Assembly: GCF_000025945.1 (NCBI RefSeq)
Contig: NC_006138.1
Coordinates: forward strand, 2,730,001-2,762,000
Reading direction: 5' to 3'
Source: Desulfotalea psychrophila LSv54
GTDB taxonomy: Bacteria > Desulfobacterota > Desulfobulbia > Desulfobulbales > Desulfocapsaceae
DNA: 32,000 nt
The translations under genes and the position numbers were made by a program. This document shows positions 17,434 through 25,601 of this stretch, in pieces; the stretch's first letter is position 1; the number at the start of each line of letters is the position of its first letter. The notes beneath the pieces are model-generated. The model was not told the origin of the DNA. It was given only the letters and a program-made list of their open reading frames with translations, and searched no databases.

Positions 17434-17685
17434 ATGACTAACGAAGAAATCAAAGATTTGATCCTTGAAATTATCGAAGATATAGATGACGAAGCTGAAT
17501 TTGAGGGCCTTAACCCGGATGAGCCTCTGCGAGATCAACTTGACCTCGATTCAATGGATTTTCTCGATATTGTTATGGAACTCCGCAAGCGTCATCAACT
17601 CCAAATCCCAGAAGAGGACTACCCACAACTTGCCTCACTATCAAGCTGTGTTGTCTACCTTGCTCCTCTGCTCAAAGACGCATAG
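17434..17685 (+). CDS. Acyl carrier protein
   Basis: Acidic 83-aa protein MTNEEIKDLILEIIEDIDDEAEFEGLNPDEPLRDQLDLDSMDFLDIVMELRKRHQLQIPEEDY with the phosphopantetheine DLDSMD motif and a GGAG RBS. Confidence 0.92.
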   Translation: MTNEEIKDLILEIIEDIDDEAEFEGLNPDEPLRDQLDLDSMDFLDIVMELRKRHQLQIPEEDYPQLASLSSCVVYLAPLLKDA

Positions 17686-17736
17686 TTCTCTGCAACTATC
17701 AAAAATTTCATACTTTGCTTTCCCGCCTGTACGGGA

Positions 17737-19155
17737 ATGGAGACTCGTGTGAAAGTTCCACTTATTATTATCGGCGGCGGCCTCTCGGGGCTTGCCGCCG
17801 GTGTTCGCAGCAGTCGTTTTGTACCCGAAATTCTCATCCTTGAGAAACATAGCCGGCTCGGTGGGCTCAACTCTTATTACTATCGTCACAAAAACCTCTT
17901 TGAGACAGGTCTGCATGCCATTACCAATTATGCAGAGCCAAGAGATAAGAAAGCTCCACTCAACCGCCTTCTCCGACAACTAAAAATCAAAAGAGAGCTT
18001 CTAGAGATCTGTCCACAGAAGAGGAGTGAAATTCGCTTCCACGGCACAAACTCACTTTTTTTCTCAAATGATTTCGAAATGTTGCAGGAAGAAATTCTGC
18101 AAAAATTTCCGCAATCATACCCTCTTTTTGAAAAAATGCTCAAAAGGTTGGCCGAGGTCGACCCCTACCGACCTGCGCCTTTTACCTCTGCCAAAAAATT
18201 TCTCGATGAGAGCCTGCAAAACCCCCTGCTCAGCCAGATGTTGCTCTGTCCACTGATGTACTACGGTTCAAGCGTGGAAAACGATATGGATCTTGGTCAA
18301 TTTGCCATTATGTTTCAGGCAATTTTTCAGGAGGGAATGTTTCGTCCCAAGGGCACCATCAAGGATCTGCTCACCCTGATTGAAGAAAAATTTCGGGTAA
18401 ACGGCGGAACAATACGCAAAAATGCCGAGGTAGTACGTATCATCTTTGCTGGCAAAGAGGCACGAGGAGTAGAACTTGTAAGTGGTGAGATCATAGAATG
18501 CGACCACCTACTCTCCACCATCGGCCACCATGAGACCATGGCCCTCACCGCCAGCCCTCGGAAACTGCCCCGACAGGATGCCCGCAAAGGCCGCCTTGGC
18601 TTTATCGAGACCATTTTTCAGATCCCCACCGAGAACAGCAGCCAGCTACCAAAGGACAGGACCATTATTTTCTATAACAATGCCGAGAAGTTTCGCTATC
18701 AGCAGGTGGAGACAACGGCAGATTTTGCCAGCGGTGTCATCTGCTTCCCGCAAAATTTTGTGGGGATAGAGGCGGGCAAACATATAGAGGTACGCTCCAC
18801 CCATTTGGCCAGTTATGATCTCTGGCTACAGCTCTACTCCGAAGGCGGCAAACGAGAAAAGTACCTTGCAGCAAAGAAGCTGGTTGCCAGAAACTCTGCC
18901 CGTACCCTTGAGGATTTGATTGGTAAATTTTCTCAAAATACAGTATACCAAGACACCTTCACCCCCATTACCATTGAGCGCTATACCTCAAAAATAGGTG
19001 GTGCTATCTATGGCAGTCCAGACAAAATAAAAGATGGGGATCTTGGTTTTGACAATCTCTTTCTGGCTGGCACAGATCAGGGATTCTTAGGGATTGTCGG
19101 TTCCATGCTCAGTGGCGTTTCCATTGTTAATCAACATATTTTGCCCAAGCTCTAA
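17737..19155 (+). CDS. FAD-dependent oxidoreductase, phytoene desaturase / carotenoid isomerase-like family
   Basis: N-terminal dinucleotide-binding VPLIIIGGGLSGLAAGVRSSRFVPEILILEKHSRLGGLNSYYYR; C-terminal GLGFDNLFLAGTDQGFLGIVGSMLSGVSIVNQHIL-type FAD motif. Confidence 0.87.
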   Translation: METRVKVPLIIIGGGLSGLAAGVRSSRFVPEILILEKHSRLGGLNSYYYRHKNLFETGLHAITNYAEPRDKKAPLNRLLRQLKIKRELLEICPQKRSEIRFHGTNSLFFSNDFEMLQEEILQKFPQSYPLFEKMLKRLAEVDPYRPAPFTSAKKFLDESLQNPLLSQMLLCPLMYYGSSVENDMDLGQFAIMFQAIFQEGMFRPKGTIKDLLTLIEEKFRVNGGTIRKNAEVVRIIFAGKEARGVELVSGEIIECDHLLSTIGHHETMALTASPRKLPRQDARKGRLGFIETIFQIPTENSSQLPKDRTIIFYNNAEKFRYQQVETTADFASGVICFPQNFVGIEAGKHIEVRSTHLASYDLWLQLYSEGGKREKYLAAKKLVARNSARTLEDLIGKFSQNTVYQDTFTPITIERYTSKIGGAIYGSPDKIKDGDLGFDNLFLAGTDQGFLGIVGSMLSGVSIVNQHILPKL

Positions 19156-19227
19156 TCCGGGTAAAATCTTATATACGTTCATACTTTCAGGGTAGAGATA
19201 CCCTGATAACAACATTATTTATTTACC

Positions 19228-20631
19228 ATGCCCGTACCTCTTACGACTGTTTCTGATAATTACGATATTATTGTTGTTGGCTCCGGCCTTGGTGGGCTGA
19301 CCTCCGCTAACCGTCTTGCCCGTTGTGGACACAAGGTATTACTACTTGAGTACCACCACCGCCTTGGTGGCCTTGCCACCTGGTTCAAGAGAAAGGGCCA
19401 TATTTTTGATGTCTCCCTGCACGGCTTTCCCTATGGAATGGTCAAGACCTGCAAAAAATATTGGAACAAGGAGATTATGCACTCCATTGTCCAATTAAAA
19501 AATATCGTCTTTGACAACCCGCAATTTTCTCTCAAAACCACCTTTGATAAAGAAAATTTCACCTGTATCCTGGAAAAGCAGTTCAAGATACCACGCACCA
19601 CCGTCAATAAATTTTTCGAAACCGTTATCGGCATGAACTTTTACGATGATCAGACGATGACCACCCGGGAACTCTTTGAGCAGTTTTTCCCCGGCAGATC
19701 CGATGTGCATCGACTCCTGATGGAACCCATCACCTATGCCAACGGTTCAACCCTGGACGATCCTGCCATTACCTATGGCATTGTTTTTTCAAATTTCATG
19801 GATAAGGGCGTTTTCACCTTTCAGGGTGGTACCGATAAGCTGATTGCCATGATGACCGAAGAACTGGAGAAAAACGGAGTCACCATCTGCACTCAAGCCA
19901 AAGTCGAGCAGATCATCGTTGACAAGGGCCGAGTACAGGGCGTAGAGGTAAATGGCAGAACCATTCAGGCAAAGGCCGTCGTCTCCAATAGCGGTATCAC
20001 CAACACCATCCATAATCTAACGGACCGGGACTGCTACTCCAGTGAATTTATCGAACGGGCAGATAAGATTCGGGTAAACAACTCAAGCTGTCAGGTCTAC
20101 TTTGGCATCAAGGATGGCGAGGCCATCCCCGACGTCGGCGACCTGCTCTTCACCTCCAAGGCAGAGGAATTCAGCTCCGATGAGCTCCTGGATTTCAACA
20201 CAAAGTCAAAGACATTTTCTCTCTACTACCCCAAGACTCGACCGGGCAAGAATCGCTATACCGTTGTTGCCTCGATGAACAGCCGTTATGATGACTGGGC
20301 AAAACTTGGCGAGAATGCCTATGCGGTAGCCAAGGAAGATATGATTGCCCGCAGTCTCAAGGATCTTGAAGGATATCTGCCGGGCGTCTCAGAGAAAATA
20401 GACTGGATGGAGGCCGCAACCCCATGCACCTTCAACAACTATACCCTGCACACCAAGGGCACATCCTTTGGCACCAAGTTCGAAGGTCTTGATATTTCAC
20501 GAAGTATATTTAAGGAAGTGCCAGGTCTCTTCCACGTAGGTTCCGTAGGAATCATCATGTCAGGTTGGCTTGGCGCCATAAATTATGGCGTCATTGTTGC
20601 CAACGATGTCGATGCCTACGTACGATCATAG
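19228..20631 (+). CDS. FAD-dependent oxidoreductase, CrtI/CrtISO-like (phytoene desaturase superfamily)
   Basis: [56 protein letters not shown]...[12 protein letters not shown]...[13 protein letters not shown]...[31 protein letters not shown]. Confidence 0.9.
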   Translation: MPVPLTTVSDNYDIIVVGSGLGGLTSANRLARCGHKVLLLEYHHRLGGLATWFKRKGHIFDVSLHGFPYGMVKTCKKYWNKEIMHSIVQLKNIVFDNPQFSLKTTFDKENFTCILEKQFKIPRTTVNKFFETVIGMNFYDDQTMTTRELFEQFFPGRSDVHRLLMEPITYANGSTLDDPAITYGIVFSNFMDKGVFTFQGGTDKLIAMMTEELEKNGVTICTQAKVEQIIVDKGRVQGVEVNGRTIQAKAVVSNSGITNTIHNLTDRDCYSSEFIERADKIRVNNSSCQVYFGIKDGEAIPDVGDLLFTSKAEEFSSDELLDFNTKSKTFSLYYPKTRPGKNRYTVVASMNSRYDDWAKLGENAYAVAKEDMIARSLKDLEGYLPGVSEKIDWMEAATPCTFNNYTLHTKGTSFGTKFEGLDISRSIFKEVPGLFHVGSVGIIMSGWLGAINYGVIVANDVDAYVRS

Positions 20632-20683
20632 AATAAATACGACTCTCTATAGCCGTAAAAATACCACCTACAAATTCTAAATC

Positions 20684-21424
20684 ATGACATATTTCAAAGA
20701 ACAGATAGCCATTGTTACCGGTGCCACCCGCGGAATCGGCCGAGCCATCAGCATAGCCCTCCTACAAAAAGGCGCCACCGTCCTCGGCATCTATGGTGGT
20801 AACACTGCCGCCGCAGAGACTTTCCAGGACCAATGTGCTGATTTTAATGGTCGATTAAAACTGTATAAATGTAATGTCGCCGACAGCTCAGCTGTAACAG
20901 AGCTCTTCTGCCAAATAGAGGCAGAGTACGACTCTATTGACATCCTGGTAAACAGTGCCGGTATTCGCCGTGATGCCGTCCTGGCCCTGATGAAGGATGA
21001 CGACTGGCAGAGTGTTATTGACGTCAATCTGACGGGTACCTTTCTCATGTGCAAACAGGCTGTATTGCTGATGATGAAAAAGAAATATGGTCGGATCATT
21101 AATATATCTTCGCCTGCCGCCCATGTCGGTTTTGCCGGACAGGCTAACTACTCAGCATCCAAGGCAGGACAAATTGGTCTGACCAGAAGTCTGGCCAAGG
21201 AAGTTGCCAAAAAGAAAATTACAGTAAACTGTGTTTCACCGGGCTTCATTGCCACCGACTTTATTGATGATCTGCCGAAGGAGCAGGTGGCCGAATATAA
21301 AAAGCTTGTGCCCATGCGCCGCTTTGGCAAGGCAGAAGAGATCGCCGATGCAGTACTCTTCCTGGCTGGTGACGGGGCAAACTATATCACAGGTTCCGTA
21401 CTCGACGTAAACGGAGGCCTTTAA
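20684..21424 (+). CDS. 3-oxoacyl-ACP reductase (FabG-like SDR)
   Basis: AIVTGATRGIGRAIS...NISSPAAHVGFAGQANYSASKAGQIGLTRSLAKEVAKKKITVNCVSPGFI...GSVLDVNGGL; SDR glycine-rich and YxxxK motifs present. Confidence 0.93.
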   Translation: MTYFKEQIAIVTGATRGIGRAISIALLQKGATVLGIYGGNTAAAETFQDQCADFNGRLKLYKCNVADSSAVTELFCQIEAEYDSIDILVNSAGIRRDAVLALMKDDDWQSVIDVNLTGTFLMCKQAVLLMMKKKYGRIINISSPAAHVGFAGQANYSASKAGQIGLTRSLAKEVAKKKITVNCVSPGFIATDFIDDLPKEQVAEYKKLVPMRRFGKAEEIADAVLFLAGDGANYITGSVLDVNGGL

Positions 21425-21425
21425 T

Positions 21426-21872
21426 ATGGATGAGCTTGACAGAATCAAGAGCCTCATTCCCCACCGAGAGCCATTTTTACAGGTAGATCGTATTATTGGC
21501 TTTGACCGGCAAGAGCTCTGTATCAACACCGAAAAAACCTTTGCCGCCGACCTCGATATCTTCAAGGGACACTATCCCGACAACCCTATCGTTCCCGGGG
21601 TGATCCTCTGCGAGGCAATTTTTCAATCAGGCGCACTCCTTATGGCCCTCTTAGGGCAAGAGAAGCAGGGCGAGCAGGAGAACGCTGTGCCCGTTCTCAC
21701 CCGAATAGGCGGAGCGCGATTCAAACGCTTTGCCGGACCGGGCGACACGGTCCAGATAGAGGTTCGGGTCCAGGAAACCGTGGGTTCAGCCACCTTTTTT
21801 AAGGGCAGATTAAAGGTTGGGGGAAAAACTGCAGTGCAGATAGAATTTAGCTGTGCCATGATAGATAAGTAA
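21426..21872 (+). CDS. 3-hydroxyacyl-ACP dehydratase (FabZ-like hotdog fold)
   Basis: IPHREPFLQVDRIIGFD...FKGHYPDNPIVPGVILCEAIFQSGALLM. The start lies immediately after the FabG-like stop codon. Confidence 0.9.
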   Translation: MDELDRIKSLIPHREPFLQVDRIIGFDRQELCINTEKTFAADLDIFKGHYPDNPIVPGVILCEAIFQSGALLMALLGQEKQGEQENAVPVLTRIGGARFKRFAGPGDTVQIEVRVQETVGSATFFKGRLKVGGKTAVQIEFSCAMIDK

Positions 21873-21882
21873 CAGGCAAGCC

Positions 21883-21924
21883 AAAAGGGTGGTGCAACAT
21901 CTCTTCTCCACCCTTTTAAAAAAA
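21883..21924. terminator. Terminator hairpin at end of KS-ACP-FAD-FAD-KR-DH operon
   Basis: AAAAGGGTGG-(15 nt)-CCACCCTTTT perfect 10-bp stem followed by an A-run. Reading as a terminator on either strand is plausible. Confidence 0.75.
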
Positions 21925-22068
21925 GCCATCAGTGCCTGTCCTGCAATGCCCCCTCTCTTTTGTCCATTGAATTTTTTAATCAAGGCCAGTAAACTAGACA
22001 TCTGTTCAACAACAAAATCAGTGTACTACTTAGCTGTAACTATCCTCTTTTGCCAATAAGGACTTTTC

Positions 22069-22767
22069 GTGGATCTCTCTATTACTCATATGATTCTTAG
22101 CGCAGGACCAATGGTAAAATTTGTCATGCTCGTCCTGCTTGTCTTCTCCGTCAGCTCCTGGACCATTGTTCTGATGAAATGGGCTCTCCTGAGAAACATC
22201 CGCCGCGACAGTGAAGATTTTCTCGACTCTTTTTGGGGATCCCCCAACCTCAATGAGGCATATAAAGAGGTAAATCAATTCCCATATAGCTCTGAAGCCG
22301 CTGTTTTTTCCGCAGGTTTTACTGAGCTACAAAAAATTACTAAAATACAGAGCAGCAAAGAGGAATCAAACCAGCCTCTGGGCATGCAGATGGCCGCCAT
22401 GGACAACCTGAAAAGGGCTGTACGTAAGGCCGAGACACAAAAGTTCAATGAATTCAACAAAGCTCTGCCCTTTTTAGCCACAACAGGAAGCGCAAGCCCC
22501 TTTATTGGTCTCTTTGGTACTGTCTGGGGAATCATGACCTCCTTTCATCAGATTGGTCAACAGGGTTCCGCCTCCCTGGCCGTTGTTGCCCCCGGTATTT
22601 CAGAGGCACTGGTCGTAACAGCAGCAGGACTCTTTGTGGCCATACCTGCCGTTGTCACCTTCAACTACTTCTCTCACAAATTTGACCAAGCGGATGCAGC
22701 AGCTCAACATTTTACCACAGACTTTCTGAACCTCATCGAACGGGATCTGCTGGGTAGAAGTAAATAA
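22069..22767 (+). CDS. tolQ: TolQ (MotA/TolQ/ExbB proton channel family)
   Basis: LPFLATTGSASPFIGLFGTVWGIMTSFHQIGQQGSASLAVVAPGISEALVVTAAGLFVAIPAVVTFNYF. GTG start. Followed by ExbD/TolR, TolA and TolB homologues. Confidence 0.93.
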   Translation: MDLSITHMILSAGPMVKFVMLVLLVFSVSSWTIVLMKWALLRNIRRDSEDFLDSFWGSPNLNEAYKEVNQFPYSSEAAVFSAGFTELQKITKIQSSKEESNQPLGMQMAAMDNLKRAVRKAETQKFNEFNKALPFLATTGSASPFIGLFGTVWGIMTSFHQIGQQGSASLAVVAPGISEALVVTAAGLFVAIPAVVTFNYFSHKFDQADAAAQHFTTDFLNLIERDLLGRSK

Positions 22768-22860
22768 GCCTTCCGGGTGGCAGAAAATTTAATGTTTTCG
22801 ATAAATATCGAGGATAAGATTTTTACAAAACTTTGCAGAAAACTTTAATAGGGCTCCCAA

Positions 22861-23278
22861 ATGGATAGCAGTCAGGGCAGAAGACCAAAACGACTTGTTT
22901 CAGAAATCAACGTCACCCCCCTTGTCGATGTCATGTTGGTTCTACTTATCATTTTTATGATAACGGCCCCCATGATGACCGCAGGAGTGGATATTGACCT
23001 GCCCGAAACCACCTCAAAGGCCCTTCGCCAAAATGAAAAACCTCTGATGGTTACCATTGATAACAAAAGGGTACTCACCCTTGAGGGTAAGGTCGTCTCT
23101 GAAAAGCTTCTCCCTTCAGGAACTGAAAAAGCTTCCCGCCTCGCTCAAGAAAGAGTCTCTCTTCCTCAAGGCTGACAAAACGGTCCCCTACGGGTATGTC
23201 GTTAACATTATGCCCGAAATCAAAGCAGCTGGTTTCAATAAACTTGGAATGATAACCACCCCAACACAAAAGAACTAG
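22861..23278 (+). pseudogene. tolR: TolR (ExbD/TolR family) split over two frames by a +1 frameshift near 23108
   Basis: 22861..23175 encodes MDSSQGRRPKRLVSEINVTPLVDVMLVLLIIFMITAPMMTAGVDIDLPETT...LTLEGKVVSEKL. The conserved C-terminus SLQELKKLPASLKKESLFLKADKTVPYGYVVNIMPEIKAAGFNKLGMITTP is in the +1 frame, ending at 23278. It could be a pseudogene, sequencing error or recoding. Confidence 0.85.
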
Positions 23279-23281
23279 CCT

Positions 23282-24115
23282 GTGCTTACAAAAAACCACC
23301 ATACCCCGGAGACATCATTTCCATGGCAGATGCCCTTTGCCATCGTCCTGGCCCTTCATATCGGCCTTGCCCTGGCGGTGACTCTTGCCCCCCAGTTTAG
23401 TCATAAAAAGCCACGCTTTGAAAATATCTACACGGTTGACCTGATAGAACTTGCCCCACCGGTAAAGGTCCAGCGAACAAGCAAGCCACAAAAAATACGT
23501 GCCAAAAGCGTTTCCGTCGCCAAGGTTATACCGGCAAAACTGACTGTGGCAGACCCTGTTTCCATTGCCCCAAAAAAGAAAAAAATTAAAAAAATTCCAC
23601 CAAAATTAAAAGAGAACAAAAAGAGTGCAGATAAGGCCATGGCCCGAGAACGACGCCGCTTAGATCAGGCAATAGTTGCCGAGAAACTTGCTCGGCAGGA
23701 AGCAGAACAGGCACAAAGAGAGCTGGAGGAAGAGGAAAAGCTCTTTAAAAATAGTAAGGGCACCACCTCTCTCCCCACCACTAGAACAGTAAAGAGCGGC
23801 TCACATAACAGGCAAAAGATGACGGGGGTTGAAGCCCAGTGGTTTGCCCGGGTTACAAGTCATCTAATGCAATTTTGGGCCCTGCCGGAGTTGCAGGAAT
23901 GGGATTCCCGTCTGACCACTACAGTGATAATCACCGTTAACCAGGATGGCAGGATCATTAACAATTATTTCGAACATAAATCAGGCAACCGTATCTTCGA
24001 TCAGTTTGTAAAAAAGAGCCTTCAGGATGCAGATCCACTACCCAAGATGCCTGCGGCAATGAAGCAATACCGTTTTGAATTCGGTCTCCACTTTAAACCT
24101 GGCACAATTCAATAA
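23282..24115 (+). CDS. tolA: TolA/TonB-like periplasm-spanning protein
   Basis: N-terminal TM (FAIVLALHIGLALAVTL), Lys/Glu/Ala-rich helical middle, C-terminal WFARVTSHLMQFWALPELQEWDSRLTTTVIITVNQDGRIINNYFEHKSGNRIFDQFVKKSLQDADPLPKMP. Position in tol operon. GTG start. Confidence 0.87.
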   Translation: MLTKNHHTPETSFPWQMPFAIVLALHIGLALAVTLAPQFSHKKPRFENIYTVDLIELAPPVKVQRTSKPQKIRAKSVSVAKVIPAKLTVADPVSIAPKKKKIKKIPPKLKENKKSADKAMARERRRLDQAIVAEKLARQEAEQAQRELEEEEKLFKNSKGTTSLPTTRTVKSGSHNRQKMTGVEAQWFARVTSHLMQFWALPELQEWDSRLTTTVIITVNQDGRIINNYFEHKSGNRIFDQFVKKSLQDADPLPKMPAAMKQYRFEFGLHFKPGTIQ

Positions 24116-24232
24116 GATAAACAGAGAATATATTTCGTCTCACCCTATTCTGTGATAAAATGGTTTAAAAATAGGTCAGGACATTTACAACATTCACTTA
24201 TCACTAATTTTATATAGCCAATCACTCACCCC

Positions 24233-25549
24233 ATGATAACTATGAAGAATATCCTAAAATTACGAGCCACAGGCCTTCTCCTCCTACTCCTTCTAATGAT
24301 CTCTGTCCTAGGCAATGGCATAGGACAGGCCATGGCAGCTGATCGTGTCTATCTTGACATAACTGCTCCCGAAACCAGAAAAATCAAAGTCGCAGTCCCC
24401 TGGTTCACCAACACAGGTGAGGGTGGTATGAAGGCAAGAATTGCCAAAGATATTGCCGACACCGTTGCCAAGGCACTAAAATTTCACGGCATTATATCTA
24501 TCATTCCTACCAGCGAATATAAGGGCAGGCAAACGGCTGATTGGGCAAAACTGGGGGCAGATTATGCTGTTTTGGGAAGCTACAAAATGTTTCCAAAAAA
24601 AATTAAACTGGAAATTCGCCTGCTTGATGTGGCCGAAAATAATATCATCCTCGGAAAATCCTATAAGGGTAGCATGAGCCAACAGAACCCAATGATCTTC
24701 AAGTTCTGCGATGCGGCCATCAAATCCCTTACAGGCACTGAAGGTATCGCCTCCAGCCGAATCGCCTTTGTCTCCTACGAAAAAAGGACCAAGGATGTCT
24801 TTATGACCGATATCCTCGGACGGCGAATACGCCAGGTAACCCGGCATAACAACCTTGTAGTCTCTCCCCGTTTCACCCGCGATGGCAACTTCTTAAGCTA
24901 CTCCTCCTACCATTCAGGCAGCCAAAAACTCTATATCACAGATTTACGTCAGGCAAAAATCACCAAATCTCTGTCAAGAAGAAAGGGAATGAACCTTGCC
25001 CCAACCTGGGCTCCCGATGGAAAATCCTGCATCCTTACCCTGTCAAAATATGGTGCCCCCGACCTCTTTCGCATCAACCAGCAGGGAAAGATTCTTGAGC
25101 AGCTCACCAGCAGGGCCGGGGTCAATGTATCGCCAACCTATTCCGCCGATGGCCGGCATATTGTCTTTGTTTCAGATAGAAGCGGCCGCCCGCAACTCTA
25201 CCTGATGGAGTTGGAGACAAAACAGACCAAACGTCTCACCTACGACGGACGAGAAAATGCAGAACCTAATTGGTCCCCTGTGGAAAACAAAATAGCCTAC
25301 TCAAGTCTGCGAGATGGCCTCTATCAAATATTTACCCTGGATCCTTTTAGCGCTGCACCCCCAAAACAGCTGACCTCAGACCTCACCCGTCATGAATCAC
25401 CGGTTTGGTCACCCGATGGCAATCAAATTTTGTTCACCCAATATGACGGTAGACGCCAACAGATATACGCTATAATGAAAAACGGTTCATACCAAAGAAG
25501 GGTCTTTTCTTTCCCAGGCAGCCAATCGTCAGCCCGCTGGGCAAGATAA
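24233..25549 (+). CDS. tolB: Tol-Pal system beta-propeller protein TolB
   Basis: Signal peptide, then repeated LTRQ/SPTWAPDGKSCILTLSKYG, VSPTYSADGRHIVFVSDRSGRPQLYLMELE, EPNWSPVENKIAYSS, SPVWSPDGNQILFTQ propeller blades. Confidence 0.95.
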   Translation: MITMKNILKLRATGLLLLLLLMISVLGNGIGQAMAADRVYLDITAPETRKIKVAVPWFTNTGEGGMKARIAKDIADTVAKALKFHGIISIIPTSEYKGRQTADWAKLGADYAVLGSYKMFPKKIKLEIRLLDVAENNIILGKSYKGSMSQQNPMIFKFCDAAIKSLTGTEGIASSRIAFVSYEKRTKDVFMTDILGRRIRQVTRHNNLVVSPRFTRDGNFLSYSSYHSGSQKLYITDLRQAKITKSLSRRKGMNLAPTWAPDGKSCILTLSKYGAPDLFRINQQGKILEQLTSRAGVNVSPTYSADGRHIVFVSDRSGRPQLYLMELETKQTKRLTYDGRENAEPNWSPVENKIAYSSLRDGLYQIFTLDPFSAAPPKQLTSDLTRHESPVWSPDGNQILFTQYDGRRQQIYAIMKNGSYQRRVFSFPGSQSSARWAR

Positions 25550-25601
25550 TAATCCAAAAAACAATAAATAGTCTCTATCATTTACACATCGCTGGTGAGT
25601 T

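Noticed and set aside
16089-21872. Reading the operon as a carotenoid biosynthesis cluster because of the two CrtI-like proteins.
   Set aside because: There is no geranylgeranyl diphosphate synthase, phytoene synthase or cyclase, and the partners are all fatty-acid-type elongation enzymes including a dedicated ACP.
21810-22001. 63-aa minus-strand ORF between the dehydratase gene and tolQ.
   Set aside because: It reads through the terminator hairpin and has no conserved features; probably fortuitous.
24476-24847. 123-aa minus-strand ORF within tolB.
   Set aside because: It is antisense to a well-conserved gene, with no domain or clear RBS.
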